The notes beneath the pieces were generated by a model. The model made no database searches, was not told the origin of the DNA, and was given only the letters and a program-made list of their open reading frames with translations. Positions 1-9,341 of a stretch of DNA of 32,000 nt are shown here, one piece after another; the first letter of the stretch is position 1, and each line of letters starts with the position of its first letter. The translations under genes were made by a program, and so were the position numbers. This DNA is from Geopsychrobacteraceae bacterium (GTDB taxonomy: Bacteria > Desulfobacterota > Desulfuromonadia > Desulfuromonadales > Geopsychrobacteraceae): contig OY781919.1 of assembly GCA_963677215.1 (NCBI GenBank), positions 2,701,138 to 2,733,137 of the forward strand. Direction: 5' to 3'.

Positions 1-2
1 TT

Positions 3-359
3 CAGATGAACGTCAGTTCCGGTTCCTTTGCGGCACCGACCGCAACGGTCGAGATGGAAATCAACGGCAAGATCAAAAAGACGGCCGTGATGGGTGATGG
101 GCCGGTCGATGCGACCTTCAAGGCGATCAAGAAGCTGACCAAAAGCTCCGCACCATTACTCACCTTCACCGTTGGTGCGATCACCGGCGGCACCGATGCT
201 CAGGGGGAGTGTACGGTGCGACTGCAGTGTGAAGATGGCAGTGAGGTGCTTGGTCAGGGGGCGCACCCGGACATCATCGTTGCCAGCGCTAAAGCCTATA
301 TCAATGCATTGAACAGGATTGCCAGTCGTATCACACGTGTCGATACGGTCATGTCTTAG
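3..359 (+). CDS. leuA: C-terminal regulatory domain of 2-isopropylmalate synthase (or a related citramalate synthase); 5' truncated by window edge
   Basis: The open frame enters from the left edge and ends TCTTAG near 359. It contains 'GQGAHPDIIVASAKAYINALNRI', typical of the LeuA C-terminal allosteric domain, and sits directly upstream of leuC/leuD. Confidence 0.85.
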   Translation, partial: QMNVSSGSFAAPTATVEMEINGKIKKTAVMGDGPVDATFKAIKKLTKSSAPLLTFTVGAITGGTDAQGECTVRLQCEDGSEVLGQGAHPDIIVASAKAYINALNRIASRITRVDTVMS

Positions 360-398
360 AAATGCGACTACATAAAGAGAGAGTGAAAAGGAGTTTTC

Positions 399-1679
399 AT
401 GGGAAAGACATTAGCTGAAAAGATATTTGACAGCCATCTGCGTGATGAGCCGTTTCCAGGGACCAAGGTCTTGAACCTTGACCGGGTACTCTGTCATGAA
501 GTCACTACTCCGGTTGCCATTGCTGATCTGGAATGGCGCAATAAGGATCGTGTCTTCGATCCAAAGAAGATCAAGGTTGTCATCGATCACGTTACTCCGG
601 CCAAGGACAGCAAGACCGCTATCCAGGGAAAAATCGTCCGTGACTGGGCTCGCCGGCACGAGATTCCTGACTTTTTTGATGTTGGTCGCAATGGTGTTTG
701 TCACGCATTGTTTCCAGAAAAAGGGCATATCCGTCCTGGGTTTACTGTCATCATGGGGGATAGTCATACCTGTACTCACGGAGCTTTTGGCGCCTTTGCT
801 GCCGGTGTCGGAACAACTGACCTTGAAGTCGGTATCCTCAAAGGTGTCTGTGCTTTCCGTGAGCCGGAAACCATTCGTGTCAATCTGAACGGTAAGCTGC
901 CGGAAGGCGTCTTTGCCAAAGACGTTATCCTGCACGTCATCTCTTTGCTCGGGGTTAATGGTGCTACCGACAAGGTTATCGAGTTCCGTGGTCCGATCGT
1001 CGAGCAGATGAGCATGGAAGCGAGGATGACCCTGTGCAACATGGCGATTGAAGCTGGCGGGACCTCGGGGGTCTGTATGCCGGACATGGTCACCGTCGAG
1101 TATCTCTGGCCGTTCATCAAGGACGAGTTTGCCAGCAAGGAAGCCGCGCTGGCCGATTATCAGCAGTGGGTCTCTGATGAGGATGCGTCTTACGTCAAGG
1201 TTATGGATATCGATGTGTCGGTTCTTGAGCCTCAGGTCACTTATGATTATAAGCCGGACTGCGTCAAAGACGTCAAGGAACTGGCCGGGACCCCGGTTGA
1301 TCAGATCTATATCGGAACCTGCACCAACGGCCGTATCGAAGACTTGCGTCAGGCCGCTGCTGTTCTCAAGGGCAAGAAGATCGCTGATTCCGTTCGTGCC
1401 ATTGTTTCTCCGGCAACCCCGAAGATCTACAGCGATGCACTGGCTGAAGGGTTGATTCAGATCTTCATGGACGCCGGTTTCTGTGTCACCAACCCGACCT
1501 GTGGCGCTTGTCTGGGGATGAGTAACGGTGTCCTTGCTGAAGGTGAAGTCTGTGCTTCGACCAGTAACCGCAACTTTAACGGTCGTATGGGTAAGGGCGG
1601 CATGGTTCACCTGATGAGTCCTGCAACTGCCGCTGCGACAGCATTGACCGGTGTTATCACCGATGCCAGAACCCTTTAA
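399..1679 (+). CDS. leuC: 3-isopropylmalate dehydratase large subunit
   Basis: 426 aa, aconitase family. Motifs 'GDSHTCTHGAFGAFAAGVGTTD', 'YIGTCTNGRIEDLR' and 'NPTCGACLGMSNGVLA' carry the Fe-S cysteines. Confidence 0.97.
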   Translation: MGKTLAEKIFDSHLRDEPFPGTKVLNLDRVLCHEVTTPVAIADLEWRNKDRVFDPKKIKVVIDHVTPAKDSKTAIQGKIVRDWARRHEIPDFFDVGRNGVCHALFPEKGHIRPGFTVIMGDSHTCTHGAFGAFAAGVGTTDLEVGILKGVCAFREPETIRVNLNGKLPEGVFAKDVILHVISLLGVNGATDKVIEFRGPIVEQMSMEARMTLCNMAIEAGGTSGVCMPDMVTVEYLWPFIKDEFASKEAALADYQQWVSDEDASYVKVMDIDVSVLEPQVTYDYKPDCVKDVKELAGTPVDQIYIGTCTNGRIEDLRQAAAVLKGKKIADSVRAIVSPATPKIYSDALAEGLIQIFMDAGFCVTNPTCGACLGMSNGVLAEGEVCASTSNRNFNGRMGKGGMVHLMSPATAAATALTGVITDARTL

Positions 1680-1698
1680 TCGATCAGGAGAGAAAACA

Positions 1699-2229
1699 AT
1701 GCAGAAGACTTTTGGCGGATCGGCAATCTTTCTTGATCGATCCGATATCAACACCGATGAAATCATCCCGGCCAAGTATCTGACCGAGGTTACCAAGGAT
1801 GCTCTGCGTCCTTTTATTCTCGAAGATCTTAAGCTCGACGGGTTTGACCCGAAGGGTGAAATTCTCAAAAATGCATCTGTCGTAGTTACCCGTGAAAACT
1901 TTGGTTGTGGCTCTTCACGTGAGCATGCGCCATGGGTTTTCGAGGTCAATGATGTTCATACCATCATTGCCGAAAGCTACGCGCGGATCTTCCGCCAGAA
2001 TATGTTCAACTGCGGTATGCTCGCTATCGAACTGCCGAAAGAGAACATTGCGGAGCTGGTGGCTTTGCAGCAGCAGGGGCCGGTGAAGATCTCCGTAGAC
2101 CTTGATGCTCAAACTGTAACCGCTGCTTCAGGCGCTAATAGCAAAAGCTACAGATTCGAGATCAGCCCGTTTGATAAGGCCCTGGTCGAGGCTGGCGGCT
2201 GGGTTGAGTTTGCGGATTCCCGCTATTAA
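1699..2229 (+). CDS. leuD: 3-isopropylmalate dehydratase small subunit
   Basis: 'SDINTDEIIPAKYLT' and 'NFGCGSSREHAPW' are LeuD signatures. The ATG at 1699 has an upstream GGAG; the longer ORF from 1651 overlaps leuC. Confidence 0.96.
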   Translation: MQKTFGGSAIFLDRSDINTDEIIPAKYLTEVTKDALRPFILEDLKLDGFDPKGEILKNASVVVTRENFGCGSSREHAPWVFEVNDVHTIIAESYARIFRQNMFNCGMLAIELPKENIAELVALQQQGPVKISVDLDAQTVTAASGANSKSYRFEISPFDKALVEAGGWVEFADSRY

Positions 2230-2251
2230 GAAGTCCTGCTGACCGGGCTTG

Positions 2252-2286
2252 ATAGGCAGCCGCATTGCGGCTGCCTATTTTATTTT
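2252..2286 (+). terminator. Rho-independent terminator after leuCD
   Basis: Perfect inverted repeat ATAGGCAGCCGC...GCGGCTGCCTAT with a minimal loop, followed by TTTTATTTT. Confidence 0.85.
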
Positions 2287-2354
2287 GCAAAGCGGGTAAT
2301 CGCTTGCAAGGCGAAAAAGTTTGACAAAAAAAAGACCGCTTTCTATAGTTTTAG

Positions 2355-3497
<1,143 letters not shown>

Positions 3498-3511
3498 TAG
3501 GCACCCCTGTA

Positions 3512-3548
3512 TTGCGGCAGAACCTGCGGGTTCTGCCGCGATTTATTC
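3512..3548 (+). terminator. Probable intrinsic terminator after leuB
   Basis: Perfect GCGGCAGAACC...GGTTCTGCCGC hairpin, with only a short AT-rich tail (GATTTATTC). Confidence 0.6.
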
Positions 3549-3560
3549 AGGTGAGACGCA

Positions 3561-4313
3561 ATGACGGAAGGACTCTTTGTTCCGGGGGAGGGGCTCTATT
3601 ATCGACTCGACCCACGGCTTAAGCTGATCATGACTCTGGTCCTGATGATTGCGCTCTTTTCAGCGAACGGTTTCGTTCGTCCCTTACTGATTTTTCTGGC
3701 CTGGCTCGGTTTTTCCACTCTGAATTTCGTCAAGCTCAAGCAGTTATGGAAATTTGTCAGACTGCTGCGCTGGCTACTTCTCTTTACCCTGCTTCTTCAT
3801 TTGCTTCTGACGCCGGGCCGTGCGCTATTGGGCAGCAGCTGGGTAAGTTATGATGGTTTGCTGCGTGGAGTGCTGATCGATCTCCAGCTGGTCTTGGCCG
3901 TAGGTCTGTCCCTCGCTCTGGCCTGGACAACCCACCCTGTGCAGCTGGCCAGAGCCGGTGCCGCTCTGTTGGCGCCACTGCAATCTTTCAAGGTCCCGGT
4001 CCGGGAGATTGCCGATCTGGTTCCGCTGGTGCTCTATTTTATTCCGTCACTGCAACAAGAGGTCGAGCAGCTGAAAAGAGAGCGGGATGGCGAGATGGAT
4101 ATGACTCATTCGCTCTGGGTTCGCTGGCAGACGAGAGTTGAACTTCTGATCGGGCGCATGCTTGACCGCGGCGATCAGTTGGCTCGGCAGATTGCCGATG
4201 GTGACGATTATATGGCAGGAACGCTTCCGCATGAACCGTTCTCATTTGATCGGACCAGCGCATTGGCCGCTATTGTCGCTCTGGTTTTCTGTACTGCTCT
4301 GTTTATGGTGTGA
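3561..4313 (+). CDS. EcfT/CbiQ-family energy-coupling-factor transmembrane protein
   Basis: Multi-TM protein starting 'YYRLDPRLKLIMTLVLMIALFS' (typical EcfT N-terminus) and carrying the EcfT-like 'ARAGAALLAPLQSFKVPVREIADLVPLVLYFIPSLQQEVEQLKRERD'. Confidence 0.85.
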   Translation: MTEGLFVPGEGLYYRLDPRLKLIMTLVLMIALFSANGFVRPLLIFLAWLGFSTLNFVKLKQLWKFVRLLRWLLLFTLLLHLLLTPGRALLGSSWVSYDGLLRGVLIDLQLVLAVGLSLALAWTTHPVQLARAGAALLAPLQSFKVPVREIADLVPLVLYFIPSLQQEVEQLKRERDGEMDMTHSLWVRWQTRVELLIGRMLDRGDQLARQIADGDDYMAGTLPHEPFSFDRTSALAAIVALVFCTALFMV

Positions 4314-4314
4314 A

Positions 4315-5049
4315 ATGATTAAGGTTAAATTGACAGTCGCTTATGATGGAACCGACTATGTCGGCTGGCAGTATCAGCCTAACGGGATCTCTGTTCAGCA
4401 ATGTCTGGAGCAGGCGCTGGCCAAGCTGACGGGGCAGGTGCATGCCGTTTACTCCTCCGGACGCACCGATGCCGGTGTGCATGCTCTGGGGATGATCTGC
4501 CATTTTCAGACCGAGCGCCAGTTGCCGCTCAAGGCCTGGCGGGAAGGGTTGAACAGTCATCTGCCGCAGGATATTGCTGTACGTGAGGCTGAATTTGTCG
4601 ATCCCGAATTTCATGCCCGGTTCAGCGCCGTTGGCAAACACTATCGCTATACAATCCTGCGTGATACCATCCGTCAGCCGCTGGAACGCCGGACAAGCTG
4701 GCAGGTCAAGGCTGAGCTTGATATGGATCTGATGCGTCAGGCGGCGGCAGCCCTGGTCGGTCGCCATGATTTTGCAGCGTTCAGGACGACGGGCTGTGCA
4801 GCGGAAACGACGATTCGCGAGATCTTTACTGTCGAGATGTCCGAGCAGGGAACCCTGCTGTTCATCGACGTGCACGGCGGCGGGTTTCTGAAAAACATGG
4901 TTCGGATGATTGTCGGTACCCTGGTCGAGGTCGGACGGGGCAAGCGGCATCCTGCCGTTGTTTCTGAGATGCTGCTGAATTCCGCTTCGTGCCTGCCTGC
5001 ACTGACAGCGCCGGCACATGGTCTCTGTCTCATCAGCGTCAGCTATTGA
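4315..5049 (+). CDS. truA: tRNA pseudouridine(38-40) synthase
   Basis: 'VAYDGTDYVGWQYQPNGISVQQCLEQAL', 'VYSSGRTDAGVHALG', 'FLKNMVRMIVGTLVEVG'. ATG at 4315 follows the upstream TGA (4311-4313). Confidence 0.96.
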   Translation: MIKVKLTVAYDGTDYVGWQYQPNGISVQQCLEQALAKLTGQVHAVYSSGRTDAGVHALGMICHFQTERQLPLKAWREGLNSHLPQDIAVREAEFVDPEFHARFSAVGKHYRYTILRDTIRQPLERRTSWQVKAELDMDLMRQAAAALVGRHDFAAFRTTGCAAETTIREIFTVEMSEQGTLLFIDVHGGGFLKNMVRMIVGTLVEVGRGKRHPAVVSEMLLNSASCLPALTAPAHGLCLISVSY

Positions 5050-5110
5050 GGCGGTATATAATAGCTATTTACAGGCCTGTCAGGCGGGCTTGATTTTGCT
5101 CAAGAATTTA

Positions 5111-5139
5111 CTTGACAGCTTGGGGGGACTCGGATAGAT
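5111..5139 (+). promoter_or_regulatory. Sigma70-type promoter for rplM-rpsI
   Basis: TTGACA (5111-5116), 17-bp spacer, TAGATT (5134-5139), upstream of a ~50-nt leader to rplM. Confidence 0.75.
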
Positions 5140-5196
5140 TTACCGCTTTGTGAGCCCCACAAACCCTTTAGAGAAATAATTTTGGAGAGGAATGCG

Positions 5197-5625
5197 ATGA
5201 GTACACTGGTCGCTAAGGAACAGGACATAAAGAGACAGTGGTACGTTGTCGATCTGGAGGACGTAGTTCTTGGTCGTGCAGCTACCGAGATTGCCCGTGT
5301 TTTGCGCGGAAAGCATAAAGCAATTTTTAGCCCGAGCGTTGACACTGGCGATTTTGTCATTGTTCTTAATGCTGACAAGGTCAAAATGACCGGAAATAAA
5401 CTGGCTGCAAAGAAATATTACAGCTATTCCGGATACAAAGGCGGTCTGAAAGAGATTACTGCAGAGAAGCAGCTGCAGAAAAAACCTGAGATGGTTGTAC
5501 AGGCTGCTGTTAAAGGTATGCTGCCGAAGAACAAACTCGGCCGCCAAATGTTCCGTAAACTCAAGGTCTACGCTGGTGGTGAGCATCCACACACTGCCCA
5601 GCAGCCTAAAGAATTGAAGTTTTAA
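5197..5625 (+). CDS. rplM: 50S ribosomal protein L13
   Basis: '[54 protein letters not shown]'; GGAGAGG Shine-Dalgarno upstream; followed by rpsI. Confidence 0.98.
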   Translation: MSTLVAKEQDIKRQWYVVDLEDVVLGRAATEIARVLRGKHKAIFSPSVDTGDFVIVLNADKVKMTGNKLAAKKYYSYSGYKGGLKEITAEKQLQKKPEMVVQAAVKGMLPKNKLGRQMFRKLKVYAGGEHPHTAQQPKELKF

Positions 5626-5641
5626 CCAGGGAGATAGCTAG

Positions 5642-6034
5642 ATGGCTGAGCAGAAGTTTTATGCAACTGGTAAAAGAAAAACATCGATCGCCCGCGTCTG
5701 GATGAAGCCGGGTACCGGTGTAATCACCGTCAACAAGCGTCCTCTGGATGATTTCTTCGGTCGCGAGACCTCCAAGATGGTTGTCCGTCAGCCGCTTGAA
5801 CTGACCGAGAACATGGGTAAGTTCGATATCAGCGTCAACGTCTGTGGCGGTGGTGCCTCCGGTCAGGCCGGTGCTATCAAGCACGGCATCACCAAGGCTC
5901 TGCTTGAGGTCGATCCTGCCCTGCGTGACGTCCTCAAGAAAGCTGGCTTCATTACCCGTGACAGCCGCGTGAAAGAACGTAAAAAATACGGTCGCGCTGC
6001 TGCTCGTCGGAGTTTCCAGTTCTCCAAGCGTTAA
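5642..6034 (+). CDS. rpsI: 30S ribosomal protein S9
   Basis: '[14 protein letters not shown]...[18 protein letters not shown]' and the C-terminus '[24 protein letters not shown]'. Confidence 0.98.
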   Translation: MAEQKFYATGKRKTSIARVWMKPGTGVITVNKRPLDDFFGRETSKMVVRQPLELTENMGKFDISVNVCGGGASGQAGAIKHGITKALLEVDPALRDVLKKAGFITRDSRVKERKKYGRAAARRSFQFSKR

Positions 6035-6069
6035 TCGATCTATCGTTTACGCAGAGATTGCATTACTGT

Positions 6070-6105
6070 CAAAAGGGAAGCCCTGTGTGGGTTTCCCTTT
6101 TTTCG
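6070..6105 (+). terminator. Intrinsic terminator after rpsI
   Basis: AAAAGGGAAGCC...GGTTTCCCTTTTTT stem (one G-T wobble) with a T-tract, 15 nt before the argC start. Confidence 0.75.
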
Positions 6106-6119
6106 TTAAGGAGATGGTT

Positions 6120-7157
6120 ATGATCAAGGTCGCTGTTGTTGGTGCCAGTGGTTACACTGGTGTTGAGCTGTTAAGAATTCTTGTCGGTCATCCTGAGGTT
6201 GAGGTTGTCTGTGTTACCTCGCGGCAGCATGAGGGCGTACCTATCAATCAGGTATTCCCCTCCTTGACCGGTTTCTGCAATCTGGCCTGTGAGCCTCTTG
6301 ATGTTGCCAGTATCTCTGAGCGAGTTGACCTTGTGTTTACCGCGCTGCCGCACAAGTCGGCCATGGAGGTGATCCCCGACTTTCTGGCGGCAGGCTGTAA
6401 GGTTGTCGATCTGTCGGCGGATTACCGTCTCAAGGATCAGGCAGTTTATGAAGCTTGGTACCAGCAGCACAGCAGTCCGGAGCTGCTGTCCACGGCTGTT
6501 TACGGTTTGCCGGAGCTTTATCGTGAGCAGGTGAAGACTGCAACACTGGTTGCCAACCCGGGTTGCTATCCGACCAGCATTATTCTCGGTCTGGCGCCGC
6601 TGCTCAAGAACACCCTGATCGACACCACAACCCTGATTGCAGACAGCAAATCCGGAACCAGTGGTGCCGGTCGCAGTGCCAAGCAGGGGAGTCTGTTCTG
6701 TGAGGTGAATGAAGGCTTCAAGGCATATTCCGTTGGCGCTCACCGGCATACCCCTGAGATTGAACAGGAGCTGTCGCTGTTGGCTGGTGTATCGGTCGAG
6801 CTGAATTTTACTCCGCATTTGTTGCCGATCAATCGGGGCATTCTGTCAACCAGCTATGCCAAGCTGACCAGAAAGGCTTCGACGGCCGATCTGCTGGCAC
6901 TCTATCGTGAGTTTTATCAGGGGGAGACCTTTGTCCGCATCATGCCGGGTGAAGAATTACCCAATGTGGCTTATCTGTCCGGAACCAATTTCTGTGACAT
7001 CGGTCTGGTCAGTGATGAACGGACCGGCAGGGTCATTGTCGTTTCAGCCATTGATAATCTGGTCAAGGGGGCGGCCGGTCAGGCGGTGCAGAACATGAAT
7101 GTCCTGTTCGGTCTCAAGGAGTCTCTGGGGCTGGCAATCGTTCCGCCATTCCCCTGA
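6120..7157 (+). CDS. argC: N-acetyl-gamma-glutamyl-phosphate reductase
   Basis: '[29 protein letters not shown]', '[19 protein letters not shown]', '[11 protein letters not shown]'. Start taken at ATG 6120. Confidence 0.96.
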   Translation: MIKVAVVGASGYTGVELLRILVGHPEVEVVCVTSRQHEGVPINQVFPSLTGFCNLACEPLDVASISERVDLVFTALPHKSAMEVIPDFLAAGCKVVDLSADYRLKDQAVYEAWYQQHSSPELLSTAVYGLPELYREQVKTATLVANPGCYPTSIILGLAPLLKNTLIDTTTLIADSKSGTSGAGRSAKQGSLFCEVNEGFKAYSVGAHRHTPEIEQELSLLAGVSVELNFTPHLLPINRGILSTSYAKLTRKASTADLLALYREFYQGETFVRIMPGEELPNVAYLSGTNFCDIGLVSDERTGRVIVVSAIDNLVKGAAGQAVQNMNVLFGLKESLGLAIVPPFP

Positions 7158-7250
7158 TCCTCAGTTTTTGAACATCCTGCTGGCATTTTCGCAGCGCAGT
7201 AGGTAATATTTGTAGTTATTTCATTGGCAAGTTTTTATTGTTGAGGTCAT

Positions 7251-9341
7251 ATGCTGGACTCCGGTCTTCAGGTTCTTGGCTGTCAGGTTGAAGAGCTGAT
7301 CGCTTCAAATTCTGTCTACGATACTTATTCCGTCACGGCAGCAGATGGAACGAGACGTCGTCTGTTGCTTTTTTTCTCTGAAGATCTGAAGGAAAAGTCG
7401 CGCAGGCAGTCATCAGCCGTACTGGTGACGCGGCTTGCAGGACAGGATTTCAGCCAGGTTGTCCTTCCTCTTGAAGCCGGCGAGGTCGGCGAACATTTTG
7501 TCTGTCTCTGGCCGGAGCTGAGCGGTTCTGCATTGTCTGATCTGGAGGACTTGCCGCTGGCAGTGAATCAGGCTCTCGCGTTGGTTCGTCAGATTGCCGC
7601 GGCACTGATTGTCCCGCATGCCGCCAATTTTATTCATGGCGCACTCTCTTCACAGAATGTTCGTCTGCAAGGCGAAGATGTTCTGCTCTTCGATTTCGGC
7701 CTGGGTAAGATTTCCCCCCTCGACTTCAATTCAGGGATTGATCCCCAATGGATCAGCCCGGAGCAGGTGCGAGGCGAGGCGTATGGGCCGCCGGCTGATG
7801 TCTATGCCTTGGGTTGTCTCCTCTATTTTCTGTTGACGGGCACGCCACCGTTCAAGGAGAACGAGCCATTTTACATCGCCGTCCAGCGCTTGCATGAGGC
7901 TTTTCCACAACTGCCGGCCTCACTGCATCAGTGTCAGCCTCTGCTCGCAAAGCTGGTAGCTCCGCTACCCGAACGGCGCCCGGTTGCGGCGGAGATTGTC
8001 GCTGAAATCGATCAGCTGCTCGAGTCCATGACTGTTGCTGCGCAGGATGTTGAGTCTGCCGATGAGATTGAGGGCGAGTCAGAACCAGATAACGTTGCTG
8101 AGGTCGATGAAAATCTGAGTGCAGATATTGCCGCCAAGATTGAGGCTCGACTTAAGGCTCTGGAAGAAGAGACTGTACCTCTTCCGGGGCAGGTCAGTAC
8201 CGCTTTTGCTCAGCCTGACTCTGCCGATGACAGTCTGGCCTGCCGGGAGAGCAGGAGGCGAACTTCAGGCTGGAGACCCGTATTGCTGCTTCTGCTTGGA
8301 GTTGTCATCGGTGTCGTCGTCTATGCCCTGTACAGCGAACAACCGAGCGGACCTGCAGGTTCTGCCGCTGGTGGTACTGAGGATCCTCTTCTCTCTGAAC
8401 TGCAGAATGCCATCGGGCTGTGGCAGAATCAGGAGCAGCAGGCTGCCATTGTTCAGTTGCTCGGTCTGATCCAGGATTATCCTGAAGATCCTCGTGCCTA
8501 TAACGATCTTGCGGCAATTCGAGTTGCTCAGGGAAATTACGAAGAGGCTCGTACTTTGCTGGAACAGGCTTTGAATACCAGCCGTGATTATGCGACGGTC
8601 TACAATAATCTGGCTGCCGTCTATAGTGAGATGGCCAGGGCCTCCTATGGCAGAGCCCTGCAGTTGACCGATGAAAAACGGAACTTTGCTCTTGTGCTTA
8701 TCCCGCAGGTGCAAGGTCCTTCTGTCGCCACGGCAGCTTACCCGCAGGATGAGGCCGATGCCGGTTCCGCAACGGACTCTGCTTCTGTCAATGGGCCTCA
8801 GACTGTTGCTGTTGCTGCAGTTGAGAAGGCTGCTCCATTGCAATCTCAGGACAATCAACCAGAACAGCTCGCTGCCTCCGTAGAGCAGCCTGCCGATGTT
8901 CCGATGATGGCTTCTGAACCGGAACCGGAGCTGGAGTTGGAGTCTCAACAGGAGCCCTCCAGTGCTTTCGGACAGGAACAGCCGTCAGCCGTAATGACTG
9001 CAGCTGAGGCCTTTCTTGCCTCCTGGGCCGAAGCCTGGTCGCGGCAGGATGTTGAGTCCTATCTCGCTCATTACGCAGACGATTTTATACCGCGTAGCGG
9101 GGTGACAAGAGAACGTTGGGAACTGCAGCGCCGCAGTCGCCTGGCGAACCCCTCGGCCATTCAGGTCTCGCTGAAAAATTACGCCCTTGTCAAACAGGCA
9201 GAGGACCTGCTGACGATTGACGTCGAGCAGGTCTATGTCAGTGACGTCTATTCCGATCTGACGCGTAAGCGTTTTGAGTTGCGCAAGTTGTCTGGTGGAT
9301 TCGAGATCGTCCGTGAACATTCTCTTGAGGTGATTCGTTGA
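7251..9341 (+). CDS. Kinase-fold protein (predicted pseudokinase) with TM helix, TPR region and C-terminal NTF2/SnoaL-like domain
   Basis: N-terminus resembles a Ser/Thr kinase ('LLFDFGLGK', 'PQWISPEQVRGEAYGPPADVYALGCLLYFLLTGTPPF'). The HRD motif reads 'HGALSSQN' and there is no recognisable Gly-rich loop or VAIK lysine. TM segment is 'WRPVLLLLLGVVIGVVVYALY', TPR is 'DPRAYNDLAAIRVAQGNYEEARTLLEQALNTSRDYATVYNNLAAVY', C-terminus is 'AFLASWAEAWSRQDVESYLAHYADDF...'. Confidence 0.85.
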   Translation: MLDSGLQVLGCQVEELIASNSVYDTYSVTAADGTRRRLLLFFSEDLKEKSRRQSSAVLVTRLAGQDFSQVVLPLEAGEVGEHFVCLWPELSGSALSDLEDLPLAVNQALALVRQIAAALIVPHAANFIHGALSSQNVRLQGEDVLLFDFGLGKISPLDFNSGIDPQWISPEQVRGEAYGPPADVYALGCLLYFLLTGTPPFKENEPFYIAVQRLHEAFPQLPASLHQCQPLLAKLVAPLPERRPVAAEIVAEIDQLLESMTVAAQDVESADEIEGESEPDNVAEVDENLSADIAAKIEARLKALEEETVPLPGQVSTAFAQPDSADDSLACRESRRRTSGWRPVLLLLLGVVIGVVVYALYSEQPSGPAGSAAGGTEDPLLSELQNAIGLWQNQEQQAAIVQLLGLIQDYPEDPRAYNDLAAIRVAQGNYEEARTLLEQALNTSRDYATVYNNLAAVYSEMARASYGRALQLTDEKRNFALVLIPQVQGPSVATAAYPQDEADAGSATDSASVNGPQTVAVAAVEKAAPLQSQDNQPEQLAASVEQPADVPMMASEPEPELELESQQEPSSAFGQEQPSAVMTAAEAFLASWAEAWSRQDVESYLAHYADDFIPRSGVTRERWELQRRSRLANPSAIQVSLKNYALVKQAEDLLTIDVEQVYVSDVYSDLTRKRFELRKLSGGFEIVREHSLEVIR

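Noticed and set aside
411-1949. 512-aa minus-strand ORF antisense to leuC/leuD
   Set aside because: It lies opposite well-supported genes, has no family-like motifs (Arg/Ser/Asp-rich composition) and no independent start context. It is best explained as a shadow ORF from codon bias in the sense genes.
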